Assembly: GCA_964618635.1 (NCBI GenBank)
Contig: CAZUDM010000003.1
Location: 2,673-66,672 of the forward strand
Direction: 5' to 3'
Source: an uncultured Spirochaetia bacterium
GTDB lineage: Bacteria > Desulfobacterota_D > UBA1144 > Nemesobacterales > UBA2774
Length of the DNA: 64,000 bases
Shown here: piece after piece, positions 45,367 through 57,190 of the stretch
Numbering within the stretch: position 1 is the stretch's first letter
Layout of the letters: each line of letters starts with the position of its first letter
The notes under the pieces: generated by a model
Told to the model about the DNA's origin: nothing
Databases searched by the model: none
The model's input: the letters and a program-made list of their open reading frames with translations, nothing else
Translations under genes and position numbers: made by a program

Positions 45367-46239
45367 TTATGCCCCGCCCGAACCGGCATAAATCCTTCTC
45401 ATCCCCAGAAACCAGGTATAAAGCAATAACGATAGTATAAGCAGTGCGACAGACAAATGAAGGGCGGCGGCTGAGAAATGAAGCTTCGTGTGCACGATTC
45501 CGACGCCGAGTATTATCTGGATTATTATAAGTCCGAGCGTGATGCCTAGAGCTGCACGGTAGCGCCTGAAGCCCTCGACGAGCCAGCTCGATACGAAAAA
45601 GCCGAGCACAATGAGCGTTATGGCATATGCTGCCACCCTGTGTGCGAAGTGATTAAGAATCATCCCGGAGAGCTGGGGAGGTATCCAGTACCCGAGGCAC
45701 TTTGGAAAGTCCGGGCAGGCAAGGCCCGAATCCGAATGCCTCACGTAGGCTCCAAGCACCGCCTGGAAAAATATCAGTATGGCGAGGAAGAAGAATACGC
45801 CGTTATATCCGCCGATGTCGAATACGGGCTTCACTGTTACGCCGTCGAAGAATACTATGTATAGAGTCAGCGAGAAGATTATGATCGCGTTCGCGAAGTG
45901 AAACGTCGTGATGTCGACCGGTATCTCCAGAAGGACTACTATGCCGCCAAGGACTATCTGGAAGGCCAGCAGGAACACTATCAGGATCGGAATCAGCTTC
46001 GTCCAGCCCTTGTAGCTCCTGAATCTCTTGTATGAGAGGTACACCAGGAAGATGGATGCCACGCCTCCTATGACCCTGTGCGTGAACTCCATGTATATAT
46101 CCCACCTGTACGGGGGTACTACGCTCCCGTGGCAGAGGGGCCAGTCCGGACATCCAAGCCCCGCCCCGACGCCGGACACCAGATTGCCCCATATTAAAAG
46201 CAGGAAAAGGAGGAAAAGGGTAATTTTACCAATCATCAA
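45367..46239 (-). CDS. ctaA: heme A synthase
   Basis: 290 aa with eight TM segments. The conserved Cys pairs are in loops (GCPDWPLCHG, ACPDFPKC), and the His ligands (HR motifs) are present. Confidence 0.8.
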   Translation of the reverse strand: MMIGKITLFLLFLLLIWGNLVSGVGAGLGCPDWPLCHGSVVPPYRWDIYMEFTHRVIGGVASIFLVYLSYKRFRSYKGWTKLIPILIVFLLAFQIVLGGIVVLLEIPVDITTFHFANAIIIFSLTLYIVFFDGVTVKPVFDIGGYNGVFFFLAILIFFQAVLGAYVRHSDSGLACPDFPKCLGYWIPPQLSGMILNHFAHRVAAYAITLIVLGFFVSSWLVEGFRRYRAALGITLGLIIIQIILGVGIVHTKLHFSAAALHLSVALLILSLLLYTWFLGMRRIYAGSGGA

Positions 46240-46248
46240 TCTATTTCG

Positions 46249-46560
46249 TCAGGGCACCACAACCCTTGTAAACGTATCGACGAACGTCATCGTGATAAGC
46301 AGAAAAAGAAGACCGAGAGGAAAGAGGGCGAATACCCAGGTTATCGAATCCTCGAACTTGAGGTGCATGAAGAAAAGCGCCACGGCCGCCGCCTTGATGG
46401 AAGCGACCACCATCGCTATCACGACGTTGAGGGATCCGAAATCGACGTACGACACGTAAACCGTGATGACCGTCAGCACCATAAGGACCGCCCAGACGAT
46501 GAAGTATGTCTTGTAGCTCGTTATATGCTCGTGTTTGTCGGAATGCGAATGCGATGCCAT
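46249..46560 (-). CDS. ctaF: cytochrome c oxidase subunit IV (prokaryotic CoxD/CtaF type)
   Basis: 103 aa with three TM helices. It sits between subunit III and ctaA. A His-rich N-terminus and a pattern like HLKFED are typical of caa3 subunit IV. Confidence 0.6.
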   Translation of the reverse strand: MASHSHSDKHEHITSYKTYFIVWAVLMVLTVITVYVSYVDFGSLNVVIAMVVASIKAAAVALFFMHLKFEDSITWVFALFPLGLLFLLITMTFVDTFTRVVVP

Positions 46561-46577
46561 GTCTTATTATCCTCCGA

Positions 46578-47183
46578 TTATCCTATCAGATAAAGTAACG
46601 GGAACAGATAAATCCATATAAGGTCGACGAGGTGCCAGTAAAGGCCGCCGAGCTCGATGGGGGTGTTGTACTTCGCGTTGAACTTGCCCTTGAGAGTGAG
46701 CACGAAAATGACGGCCAGTATCCCGAGCCCTATGAACACGTGAATCATGTGAAGCCCTGTCATGAGGAAGTAAAGCGAGAAGAAGATGCTCGTGTCCGGG
46801 TAGATATGATGCTCGAACTTCGCGGTATACTCGAAGTATTTCACGACGCCGAAGGCTATGCCGCATACGATCGTTATCAATATGAGTATGGCCGCGGTTT
46901 TCTGCCTTCCCCACTTTATAGCGGAAACGCCCATAGCCATCGTCAAGCTGCTGAAGATAAGGACGCAGGTATTGATCGCGCCCATGGTTCTGTTCAGCTC
47001 CAGATGCTGCTCGAAGAACATTTCGGGGTATCTCGCGTGGAATATCGCGTAGGCGGCGAAAAGCCCTCCGAAGAGCAGTATTTCAGTTCCGAGGAAGAGC
47101 CACATGCCCAGCTTCGAGGAGCTGTACTCCGTCGCCGGATCCATGTGGTGACCGTGTGATTGATCTACGCCAGCTTCTGCCAT
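46578..47183 (-). CDS. ctaE: cytochrome c oxidase subunit III
   Basis: 201 aa. GMWLFLGTEILLFGGLFAAY and the C-terminal LYWHLVDLIWIYLFPLLYL are hallmark blocks of CoxC. Confidence 0.85.
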   Translation of the reverse strand: MAEAGVDQSHGHHMDPATEYSSSKLGMWLFLGTEILLFGGLFAAYAIFHARYPEMFFEQHLELNRTMGAINTCVLIFSSLTMAMGVSAIKWGRQKTAAILILITIVCGIAFGVVKYFEYTAKFEHHIYPDTSIFFSLYFLMTGLHMIHVFIGLGILAVIFVLTLKGKFNAKYNTPIELGGLYWHLVDLIWIYLFPLLYLIG

Positions 47184-47190
47184 TTCTCAG

Positions 47191-48804
47191 TTAAACCTCC
47201 AGCTCCTTCTTTTTTCCGTAACCGTAAGTCCAGTCGGTCACATGCGGTATCTCTTCGAAATTCTCGTGCGGAGGCGGTGACGGCACCTGCCATTCGAGAG
47301 AAAGCGAGTTGTACGGATTCTCGGGCGCCTTCTCGCCGCTTATCAGCCCGGATATGAGATTGATGCCCATTATGAGTATTCCGAACGCCAGTATCCACGA
47401 GCCGTACGTCGAGAGAGCCATGAGCGATTCGAATTCGGCGGGGTAGGAAGCGTAGCGTCTCGGCATGCCCTGAATCCCGAGGAAGAACTGCGGGAAGAAC
47501 GTTACGTTAAAGCCGACGAAGATGAAGAACCATGCTATCTTCGCAACGGTTTCGTTGAACATCTTTCCGAACCACTTCGGGTACCAGAAGTGAAGCGCCC
47601 CGAAGAAGCCCATGACCGTGCCGCCTATCATGACGTAGTGCATGTGCGCTACGACGAAGTATGTATCGTGAAGGTGAATGTCGGCCGCGAGCGCTCCGAG
47701 GAATACGCCGGTGAGGCCGCCTATGGTGAAGAGGAATATGAAGCCGAGCGCGTAGAGCATGGCGGAGTGAAGCTGAATAGAGCCCTTGTAGAGGGTCGCA
47801 GTCCAGTTGAACACTTTAATAGCGGTCGGTATGGCGACGAGGAACGTCAGGAACGAGAAGATCATTGCCGCCGTTTCCGAAATGCCGCTCGTAAACATGT
47901 GGTGGGCCCAGACGAGGAAGCTTATGAACGCGATGCCGAGGCTCGAATAGGCTATGGCCTTGTAGCCGAATATCGGCTTTCTGGAGAAGACAGGGATTAT
48001 TTCCGAAATGACGCCCATCGCCGGGATGATCATGATGTAAACCGCGGGATGGGAATAGAACCAGAAGAAGTTCTGAAAGAGTATCGGGTCGCCGCCCTTG
48101 GCCGGGTCGAAGAATCCGACGCCGAGCGTCCTCTCGGTGATGAGAAGGAGAAGGGTTATACCGACGACCGGGGTTGCGAGGAGCTGCAGTATGGACGTTG
48201 CGTAGGACGCCCAGATGAAAAGGGGAAGCCTGTGCCACGTCATTCCCGGGGCCCTCATCTTGTGAGTCGTAACGATGAAGTTAAGACCGGTGAGAATCGA
48301 GGAGAATCCGAGAACGAAAACCCCGAAAGTCATGAGAACGACGTCGGTGTTGGTGGTTGCGCTGTAAGGGGTGTAGAAAGTCCATCCCGTATCGGCCGGC
48401 TTTAAGAGCGCTGTAAGGAGAATGGCCGTGCCGAGAAGGTAAATCCAGTAGCTCGCGATGTTGAGCTTCGGGAATGCGACGTCCCTCGCGCCTATCATTA
48501 AAGGAATGAGAAAATTACCGAAGCTCGCCGCAAGGCCGGGAACGATGAAGAAGAAAACCATTATCGAGCCGTGGAGCGTGAAGAGGACGTTATATGTATG
48601 AGGCTCGACGAAGTCGGACGCGGGGGTAAGCAGCTCGAACCTCATTAGAAGAGCGATGATCCCGGCTACCAGGAAAAACAGGGAAATCGACACAAGATAC
48701 AATATCCCTATCCGTTTATGGTCCGTGGTTAGAATCCAGGAGAGAAACCCCTTTTTCTCCAGGAACGGGACATATACATCGTGGGCAATCGTATGATTTG
48801 CCAT
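47191..48804 (-). CDS. ctaD: cytochrome c oxidase subunit I
   Basis: 537 aa with heme-copper oxidase motifs ([28 protein letters not shown]). Confidence 0.92.
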   Translation of the reverse strand: MANHTIAHDVYVPFLEKKGFLSWILTTDHKRIGILYLVSISLFFLVAGIIALLMRFELLTPASDFVEPHTYNVLFTLHGSIMVFFFIVPGLAASFGNFLIPLMIGARDVAFPKLNIASYWIYLLGTAILLTALLKPADTGWTFYTPYSATTNTDVVLMTFGVFVLGFSSILTGLNFIVTTHKMRAPGMTWHRLPLFIWASYATSILQLLATPVVGITLLLLITERTLGVGFFDPAKGGDPILFQNFFWFYSHPAVYIMIIPAMGVISEIIPVFSRKPIFGYKAIAYSSLGIAFISFLVWAHHMFTSGISETAAMIFSFLTFLVAIPTAIKVFNWTATLYKGSIQLHSAMLYALGFIFLFTIGGLTGVFLGALAADIHLHDTYFVVAHMHYVMIGGTVMGFFGALHFWYPKWFGKMFNETVAKIAWFFIFVGFNVTFFPQFFLGIQGMPRRYASYPAEFESLMALSTYGSWILAFGILIMGINLISGLISGEKAPENPYNSLSLEWQVPSPPPHENFEEIPHVTDWTYGYGKKKELEV

Positions 48805-48834
48805 TTTAAATCGCCTCCTTGAACTGAAACCCTT

Positions 48835-49773
48835 TTATTCTAGTGTTTTGATATAGGCAATCACGGCCGTCACTTCTTCATCACTTAGTATACCTTTAAA
48901 CGACGGCATCACAGGCTGAAAACCCTTGACGATCTGGGCCTGCGGCTCTAGTATGGATTCCCTTATATAATTCTCGTCAGCCTCGACCGTGGAGCCGTCT
49001 GCAAGCTCCACCTTGTGTCCGAAAACGCCTTTAAACGACGGCCCGACGAGCGTCGCACCGTCGACGCTGTGACATGCGTTGCAGCCTTTTTCCTTATATA
49101 TCTTTTCACCGAGCTCGGCCGGCGGAAGTGAAGCCACCGCCTGACCCTGCTCACCCGGAAGACCGTGCTCCCAGATGTCGTAGGCCTCGGGGCTGAGCAC
49201 GTTAACCTTGCCCAGCATGACCGAATGGCCCGTGCCGCAGTACTCCGCGCAGAATATGTCGAAGGTTCCTATCTTCGTAGGCGTGAACCAGAGCTGAACG
49301 TATCTGCCCGGGAGCACGTCCTGCTTTACACGGAACCCGGGAATAAAAAAGCTGTGGAGAACGTCGTCCGACATCATGACCATCCTGACAGGTATATTCT
49401 GCTCGACGTAGAGCTCGTTAAGGGTCTTTTTGCCGTTGTAATAGTCGAAGGTCCAGAGCCACTGCTTGCCGGTGACCGTTATGTCCACGGCATCCGCCGG
49501 TGGATTTCTCATCTCTTTGTACACGACGAAGCCGTAAACGAAAAGAGCTATGAGGAGTATGGATGGAATGACGGTCCAGATAATTTCAAGCGGCTCGCTG
49601 CCGGTTATGTAAGGCGTTTCTTCGTTATCTCTCTTTCTCCTGTACTTGACCGCGAAGATTATGAGAATCGCGGTTATGAGCAGGAAGAAGATGAGGGATA
49701 ACAAGGTTATTACGAAAAGCACCCCGTCTACCTTGCCCGCAAGATTAGATGCTACCTCTGGAATCCAAGTCAT
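48835..49773 (-). CDS. ctaC: cytochrome c oxidase subunit II with a fused C-terminal cytochrome c domain (caa3-type)
   Basis: Two N-terminal TM helices, the CuA site (FCAEYCGTGHSVM), and a C-terminal CNACHSVDG haem c motif. Confidence 0.88.
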   Translation of the reverse strand: MTWIPEVASNLAGKVDGVLFVITLLSLIFFLLITAILIIFAVKYRRKRDNEETPYITGSEPLEIIWTVIPSILLIALFVYGFVVYKEMRNPPADAVDITVTGKQWLWTFDYYNGKKTLNELYVEQNIPVRMVMMSDDVLHSFFIPGFRVKQDVLPGRYVQLWFTPTKIGTFDIFCAEYCGTGHSVMLGKVNVLSPEAYDIWEHGLPGEQGQAVASLPPAELGEKIYKEKGCNACHSVDGATLVGPSFKGVFGHKVELADGSTVEADENYIRESILEPQAQIVKGFQPVMPSFKGILSDEEVTAVIAYIKTLE

Positions 49774-49799
49774 GTGTCTATTTTAAACCTCCCATTCTC

Positions 49800-50615
49800 C
49801 TATTCGGGTCCTTTTTTCTCTCGCCTCCAGAAATACGTAAGCACACAGCAAAGCGTCAGCAGCGTGACCACCCCTCCCGCCTTCATGACGTTCAGGGCCT
49901 TGAGCGCATACCTTTTCCCGATCGGGTCGAACTCATAACAGAAAAGCATTACCTTGTTGAGTATCCCTGAGGTCCCGATCTCCCCCTTTGCCGCTTCCAT
50001 GAGAGAGAGCCTGAAATCAAGAGGCTCGTACTGAATGCCTTCCAGATAACGGGAAATCCTCCCGTCCGGCGTTAAGACGATAATGGCCGACGGATGCGCG
50101 AATTCTTCGCCGTCCTCTAAAAATTTAAATCCGACGGCGCCTGTCAATTTCGCTATATTGTCCGGATCGCCCGTGAGGAACATCCATTCCCCGGAAGAAG
50201 GCTCGCCCCGGAGGACGCTCTTTCTGTATCTTTCGCCCTTTTCCGCCGCCTTCTCCGGCGTGTCGTCCGGATCGAAGCTGACTGTAAGAATCCTGAAATC
50301 CTTCCCGACATTGAAGGCCTGCTGCTCGTTTACGACCTGAAGGAGACCGTCGGAAGCGAAGTTGCAGATGCGCGGGCAATCGAAGTAAACCAGGCTCAGC
50401 ACGGTGGGGCCGTCCTTATAGAGAGCGTCCCTGAAATCTATCTCCTTCCCGCTCTCGTCCTTAAGCGTTATGCCTTCCGGAACGGCGTCGCCCAGCTTAT
50501 CGTCCAATCCTACGTTTTTAATGTCTCTCGAATCCGTAATAGCAGCCGCTAAATCGGTGCACAGCAGAACAGCAAGGAGCGCCAGTACGTATATTTTCAA
50601 TTGCTTTTTATTCAT
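49800..50615 (-). CDS. SCO1/SenC family copper chaperone
   Basis: A thioredoxin fold with the CxxxC copper motif (YFDCPRICNF) and an N-terminal TM. It is the first gene of the oxidase operon. I chose the ATG at 50615 (MNKKQLKIY). Confidence 0.8.
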   Translation of the reverse strand: MNKKQLKIYVLALLAVLLCTDLAAAITDSRDIKNVGLDDKLGDAVPEGITLKDESGKEIDFRDALYKDGPTVLSLVYFDCPRICNFASDGLLQVVNEQQAFNVGKDFRILTVSFDPDDTPEKAAEKGERYRKSVLRGEPSSGEWMFLTGDPDNIAKLTGAVGFKFLEDGEEFAHPSAIIVLTPDGRISRYLEGIQYEPLDFRLSLMEAAKGEIGTSGILNKVMLFCYEFDPIGKRYALKALNVMKAGGVVTLLTLCCVLTYFWRREKKGPE

Positions 50616-50884
50616 TATCGACGACCGTCTCACCCTGCCTCCACATAACCGCGGAAACCGTTGACTAAAATCCGGAATCACGCTGCAATATTAAACCATA
50701 TTGTGGGTGGGTGAGGACATTATAATACAACCGCGGCGATAAAATAACCGCAAGAAAATACTCCCCGGACAACCTGAAAACGTGGAAGATTCTATCCTAT
50801 TATCCCCTCATGTCAAGTTAACTCCGCACCCCCTGCAGCCGGGGCGGCGTTGAATTATCCTGTTTAGATTTTAGAATAATTACG

Positions 50885-51859
50885 ATGATATCTATTACTC
50901 AGGCAGGCCTTAAGGTAGGGCACGCATCCGACCCCGACGCCATAACGGGATGCACGGTGCTTCTCTTCGACAAACCGGCCGCAGGGGCTATCGACCTCCG
51001 GGGCGGCGGCACGAGCACGAGGCAGATAGATTCGCTCCTATCGCACAACACCTTCGGCAGTATACACGGCCTCCTCCTGACGGGCGGAAGCGCGTTCGGT
51101 CTGGACGCCGCCGGCGGGGTCATGAGGTACCTCGAAGAGAGGCGCATAGGGCTCGACGTCGGGTACGGCCTGGTCGTGCCGTCGGTGCCGACTGCCGTCA
51201 TATTCGACATCGGCATAGGAAAAAATATAAGGCCCGACGCGGCCATGGGGTACAAAGCGTGCCTTAACGCCTCCTACGACGGGGTAGAGGAGGGAAGCGT
51301 CGGGGCGGGAACCGGGGCGACGATCGGGAAGCTCCTCGGCCTAGACCACGCGACAAAGGGCGGGCTCGGGACTGCCGCCTACAGGTTCGATAACGGGGTC
51401 GTAATAGGAGTTATAGCCGTAGTGAACGCGTTCGGCGACGTCGTATCCCGGGAGGACGGCAGGGTCGTCGCCGGGGCGAGGAAGGCGCCGACCAGTCCGG
51501 AATTCGCCGGCACAGTGAACCTCTTCAAGGAAGGCGTCAGGTTCCGGCCCGGCGAGGGAGGGAGAAACACCACGCTCGCCGTCGTCGCCGTAAACGCCCG
51601 GTTCTCGAAGCCCGAGCTCGGGAGAATAGCCAGCATAGCCCAGACGGGGCTCTCGCGCGTGATATCGCCGGCGCATACAGTCGCCGACGGCGACGTCGTT
51701 ATGGCCGTCTCCTGCGGAGACATGGAAGGCGATGCGAACGTCTCGGGAATAGTCGCGGCCGAGCTTGTCGAAGCGGCGATAATGAGGGCCGTGCATTTAT
51801 CCAGGGGTATGGGCGGAGTGCCAAGCGTGAGCGACCTTAAGGGAGACGGCTTTACCTGA
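50885..51859 (+). CDS. DmpA / L-aminopeptidase family (peptidase S58) protein
   Basis: 324 aa with GxTVLLFDKPA ... LLTGGSAFGLDAAGG, the DmpA/ArgJ-like fold with its autoprocessing Gly-Ser/Thr site. Confidence 0.8.
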   Translation: MISITQAGLKVGHASDPDAITGCTVLLFDKPAAGAIDLRGGGTSTRQIDSLLSHNTFGSIHGLLLTGGSAFGLDAAGGVMRYLEERRIGLDVGYGLVVPSVPTAVIFDIGIGKNIRPDAAMGYKACLNASYDGVEEGSVGAGTGATIGKLLGLDHATKGGLGTAAYRFDNGVVIGVIAVVNAFGDVVSREDGRVVAGARKAPTSPEFAGTVNLFKEGVRFRPGEGGRNTTLAVVAVNARFSKPELGRIASIAQTGLSRVISPAHTVADGDVVMAVSCGDMEGDANVSGIVAAELVEAAIMRAVHLSRGMGGVPSVSDLKGDGFT

Positions 51860-52976
51860 GCTCGACCGCCGCTTCGGGTATCGGAAATTTCCTCATCCTT
51901 ATACCGAGCACTATTCCTATCCCTATCATGGCGGTCAGCGTCGACGAGCCGCCGTAGCTCATTATGAGAAGCGGCACGCCTGTAATCGGCAGAAGGCCTA
52001 TAACCATCCCGACGTTCACCACGGCGTGCCAGAAGAACATCGCGGCTATGCCGTAGCAGACAAGGATCGAGTATTTGTCTTTAGATCGGCTGGCGGTATC
52101 GAGAATCCAGAGAATTATCATGAAATAGAGGAGAAGCGCGAACGTGCCGCCGAGAAAGCCCCACTCCTCAGCGAGGACGGAAAAGGCGAAGTCCGTCTGC
52201 TGCGCCGGGATGAATCTCAGCTGCGACTGTGAGCCGGCCATGAACCCTTTCCCCGCGAGCTTGCCCGAGCCGACGGCTATCTGCGACTGTATGGCGTTGT
52301 ATCCGGAATTCAGCGGGTCGCGCGCCGGGTCGAGGAAGGTCATGATTCGGCTCTTCTGATAAGGCTTCATGAAGTAGTGCCACGCGGGATAAGAGAACCC
52401 GACGACCACCGCGAGTATGATCATGAGGGATATCTTCTTTACGCCCATGAAGAGGATCATGCTGCCCGATATGAGTATTATCAGGAGCCCCGTGCCGAGG
52501 TCGGGCTGCATCATGACAAGCACGAGCGGGAGCGCGACGAGAAGCGCGGGCTTAACGAGGTCCAGCAGGCCGTAGGGGAACCCTTCGTAGTCGCTGTCGT
52601 AAAATCTGGCTAGCGCGAGCACGACAGGTATCTTCGCGAGCTCCGAGGGCTGTATGCTCGCGAAAGAGCCCAGCATTATCCAGCTCTTGGAGCCCGACAC
52701 CTCCTTTCCGAAGATGAGCACGATCAATAAGAGGAGCATCGATACGCAGTAAATGTGAAGGGAATATCTCTTTATGATCTTGTTGTTTATGAAGGACACG
52801 AGGACCATGACCACTATGCCTATGGAAAGCCAGATCGCCTGCTTCTTGAAATATACGAGACCTGTCTGATACGAGGCGCTGTAAAGATTAAGGAGAGAAA
52901 GGATTGAGAACGCGAGCGCCATGAAGAAGAGCGACCATCCGAAGCTGTAAAGAAGCCGCCGGTCAAACATTATCAT
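51852..52976 (-). CDS. mrdB: rod-shape-determining protein RodA (SEDS family)
   Basis: 374 aa in the FtsW/RodA/SpoVE family, immediately downstream of the PBP2 gene. Confidence 0.88.
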   Translation of the reverse strand: MIMFDRRLLYSFGWSLFFMALAFSILSLLNLYSASYQTGLVYFKKQAIWLSIGIVVMVLVSFINNKIIKRYSLHIYCVSMLLLLIVLIFGKEVSGSKSWIMLGSFASIQPSELAKIPVVLALARFYDSDYEGFPYGLLDLVKPALLVALPLVLVMMQPDLGTGLLIILISGSMILFMGVKKISLMIILAVVVGFSYPAWHYFMKPYQKSRIMTFLDPARDPLNSGYNAIQSQIAVGSGKLAGKGFMAGSQSQLRFIPAQQTDFAFSVLAEEWGFLGGTFALLLYFMIILWILDTASRSKDKYSILVCYGIAAMFFWHAVVNVGMVIGLLPITGVPLLIMSYGGSSTLTAMIGIGIVLGIRMRKFPIPEAAVELR

Positions 52977-54771
52977 CGGCGTCTCTCTCCTTCTTCAGGT
53001 TGAAATAATATTCGATTATTTTCTTGGCCAGCGGGGCCGCTACGGCTCCCCCCTTGCCCCCGTGCTCGACGACTACCGTAACGGCTATCTCCGGATTGTC
53101 CGCCGGGGCGTAGGACGTAAACCAGGCGTGATCCATGTGCTTTTTCGCGTCCGTCTGCGAGTCGAGCGATATCACCTGTGCAGTACCGGTCTTGCCCGCG
53201 ACCTTTATATCCTTGAGCCGCGAGCCCCTTCCCGTTCCGCCCGGATCGTTCACGACCCCGGTCATGGCTTCTCTTATGAGAGCGAGCGTGCCGCCGTCCA
53301 CGGGCAGATGCCCTCTGGGCGGGATGTTGTTCACTGTCGCCTCTCCGCTGAAGGTGACCTCTTTTACCACGAGCCTCGGGGTAAGGAGCGTCCCTCCGTT
53401 AGCTATGGAAGCCGTCATCATCGCGACCTGGAGAGGTGTCGTGCTCACATAACCCTGGCCTATAGCAGAGACTATCGTCTCGCCCTTGTACCAGGGCTTC
53501 TTGAATCTCTCCTGCTTCCACTGCCTGCTTGGCGCGACCCCGATCCTCTCCTCGATGCCGATGCCAGTCGGCTGGCCGAATCCGAATGCAGTCATATATT
53601 TTGCGAAGGTGTCGATGCCGAGCTTCTCGGCGAGCCTGTAAAAATAGACGTCGCAGGAATGAACCAGGGCCGACCGCATATTCACCGACCCGTGCCCTCC
53701 CCTCTTCCAGCACCTGTACGTATGCGTGCCGAGCCTGTAGGAGCCGGGGCAGTGGACCGTGGTATCGGGATCGAAGACACCTTCCTTCATCGCCGCAGCC
53801 AGCGGGACCATTTTGAATACGGAGCCCGGCGCATAGAGACCCTGAGTCGCCCTGTTTATGAGCGGATAATTTTTATCGTTGAGTAGCTCGGACCATCTCT
53901 TCGCGTCGATTCCCTTGACGAAGTCAGCCGGGTCGAACGTCGGCCTGCTGGCCATCGCGAGCACGTCTCCGTTCCTTACGTCGACGACTACTATCGCACC
54001 GAACTCTTCCCCGAGAGCCTCTTCCGCCGCGGTCTGAAGGTCCATGTCTATCGACAGCACAACGTCATTACCCGGGATGCTGTTCTTGCTGACGAGGTCC
54101 TTCCTGAAGAGATCCGAGTTTACTTCCCTTCCGAGGGCGTCCGTCACCTTCTGAACGTATCCGTCTTCGCCCCTTAAGGAATTCTCCCAGGTTTTTTCGA
54201 CGCCGCTCTTGCCGACGAGGCCGTTCCAGTTGAGCTCGGGGTTGGCGCTGAGCTCCTCCTCGCTCACCTTGCCGATGTATCCGAGGAAAGACGCTCCGAG
54301 GACGCCGTGCGGGTACTGCCGCAAATTGTTGACTTCGATTATGAGCCCGGGGAGCGAGCTTCTCCGCGCTTCTATGACTGCGAGCTGGTCGCGGTTGATG
54401 TCCTGCGCGACGAGGACGGCCTTGAACCGGTTTCTCCTCGTGGCCTGAAGGATCTTGTCCCTGACTTTAGTGCCGTCGACGTCGAGTATGAGGGAGAGAT
54501 TGTCGCTCAGGGACTGGATGTTTTCGACGTCCTTCGGAAGGACGTATATGTCGAACGACGGACGGTTCACGACGAGCTCGCGGCCGTGGCGGTCGAGCAC
54601 CCTTCCGCGCGGGGCGGGGACCCTCTCGATCCTGACCCTGTTGCCGATCGAAAAGCTCTCGTACTCATCGCCCTTTATGACCTGGAGAAACCAGAGCCTC
54701 GACACCAGCGCGACGAAAGCGACGGCCAGTATGATCGTCGATATGACGAGCTTACCTCTGAAGTCTTGCAT
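52963..54771 (-). CDS. mrdA: penicillin-binding protein 2 (peptidoglycan D,D-transpeptidase)
   Basis: A PBP dimerisation domain followed by a transpeptidase domain with SVFK (SxxK), SCD (SxN-like) and KTGTA. Confidence 0.9.
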   Translation of the reverse strand: MQDFRGKLVISTIILAVAFVALVSRLWFLQVIKGDEYESFSIGNRVRIERVPAPRGRVLDRHGRELVVNRPSFDIYVLPKDVENIQSLSDNLSLILDVDGTKVRDKILQATRRNRFKAVLVAQDINRDQLAVIEARRSSLPGLIIEVNNLRQYPHGVLGASFLGYIGKVSEEELSANPELNWNGLVGKSGVEKTWENSLRGEDGYVQKVTDALGREVNSDLFRKDLVSKNSIPGNDVVLSIDMDLQTAAEEALGEEFGAIVVVDVRNGDVLAMASRPTFDPADFVKGIDAKRWSELLNDKNYPLINRATQGLYAPGSVFKMVPLAAAMKEGVFDPDTTVHCPGSYRLGTHTYRCWKRGGHGSVNMRSALVHSCDVYFYRLAEKLGIDTFAKYMTAFGFGQPTGIGIEERIGVAPSRQWKQERFKKPWYKGETIVSAIGQGYVSTTPLQVAMMTASIANGGTLLTPRLVVKEVTFSGEATVNNIPPRGHLPVDGGTLALIREAMTGVVNDPGGTGRGSRLKDIKVAGKTGTAQVISLDSQTDAKKHMDHAWFTSYAPADNPEIAVTVVVEHGGKGGAVAAPLAKKIIEYYFNLKKERDADDNV

Positions 54772-55240
54772 AGGCCTTTCCAGCCGCCCAGAATAAAGGC
54801 AGCCCGACGGCGGTATTGACTACGCCCTGGAGCATTATCTCTCCGAGCGGCAGCCTGAAGCCGGACTCTCCCCTTACACTTATTATAGTCATTATGAACA
54901 GCCAGGTAAAAATAGTGCTTGCGAATATGACGAGCCCCTGAACGAAATACTTTTTGAGATACACGTGGCTCGAGCTCGTCTTTACGAGAATGTATGCGCT
55001 CAGGCGGGAGAGCGTGAACGTCCCGGGCAGATTCCCCGAGAGAACGTCCATAAGGTAGCCGTTCCCCGCGGCTATCAGGAAGCCGCCCCTGGCTTCGGAA
55101 TATATCGCCAGGAAAACTATGAATATCAGGTTGAGATCTGGGTAAAAATATCCTTCGCGCGGAGACAGCACCGTCGACTGAATCGTTATCAGCACGAGCG
55201 ACAACACGGCAAGGAGCGGAATCGTAAGGGCCCTATTCAT
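54752..55240 (-). CDS. mreD: rod-shape-determining protein MreD
   Basis: 162 aa with multiple TM segments. Its position between mreC and mrdA supports the call. Confidence 0.75.
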   Translation of the reverse strand: MNRALTIPLLAVLSLVLITIQSTVLSPREGYFYPDLNLIFIVFLAIYSEARGGFLIAAGNGYLMDVLSGNLPGTFTLSRLSAYILVKTSSSHVYLKKYFVQGLVIFASTIFTWLFIMTIISVRGESGFRLPLGEIMLQGVVNTAVGLPLFWAAGKAYARLQR

Positions 55241-56060
55241 TCAGCACCAGGCTGTTCACGGGTTTTTGTATAATCAGCACTTCCTCGAGGGAATTCAGGT
55301 GTACGTGCGGGGAGACTTCGGCGTTGATGAAGCTTCCCTTGGAGCTTATGCCGGTGACTGTCCCTATGACGACGCCCTTCGGGAAAAATCCATCCTTCCC
55401 CGAGGAGATAACCTTGTCGCCTTCGCTCACGTCGGACTTCTTTTCTATGTAGTCCATCTCGCAGCCAGCGCCTGTCCCCTTGACTATCCCCCTGGCGCGC
55501 GTCCTGTGAATGTAGGCATCTACGGCGCTCACCGGGTCAGTAATCAGGAGCACCTCGGAGCTTTTGTCACCGGCGAGCATTATCCTGCCGACAATGCCGT
55601 CGAAGGAGGCGACGGGCATGCCTTCGGTAATGCCGTCCCTCGTGCCCTTGTCGACTATTATCACCTGCGAGCGGAGTATCGAAGGGCTCGCGCCGATTAC
55701 GTTGGCCGACACTGCAGGATACGAGCTCTCGTCCCTGAATTCGAGGAGTTTTCTAAGCCTCGTATTCTGTATGCCCGCCTCGGAGAGCTCGAATTTCTCG
55801 CGGCGGAGACGGCTGATCTCTTCCTTGAGCCGTGCGTTTTCTTCTCTTAAATTCACGAGGTGAATGTAATCGTTCCAGACGCCGGACATAACACCCGCTA
55901 CGGAGGATACAAGCTTCTGCGGGTAGTAGGCAAGAGTGAGGACAAACCTCGCGGCGGGCGTCTGCGTGTCCCTTTCGTCGAGGTCAAGAGAGAACAGCTG
56001 TATCGCTATGAATAGAAGAACGAGAACTATGAATATTGTACGGCGTTTCAGAAAGCCCAT
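55233..56060 (-). CDS. mreC: rod-shape-determining protein MreC
   Basis: An N-terminal TM, a coiled coil (LREENARLKEEISRLRREK) and two beta domains. Confidence 0.85.
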   Translation of the reverse strand: MGFLKRRTIFIVLVLLFIAIQLFSLDLDERDTQTPAARFVLTLAYYPQKLVSSVAGVMSGVWNDYIHLVNLREENARLKEEISRLRREKFELSEAGIQNTRLRKLLEFRDESSYPAVSANVIGASPSILRSQVIIVDKGTRDGITEGMPVASFDGIVGRIMLAGDKSSEVLLITDPVSAVDAYIHRTRARGIVKGTGAGCEMDYIEKKSDVSEGDKVISSGKDGFFPKGVVIGTVTGISSKGSFINAEVSPHVHLNSLEEVLIIQKPVNSLVLNE

Positions 56061-56110
56061 AGGTATACGTTAACAACTGAAGTCCCTTGACCTTGCGGCG
56101 GAGTTTCGTC

Positions 56111-57190
<1,080 letters not shown>

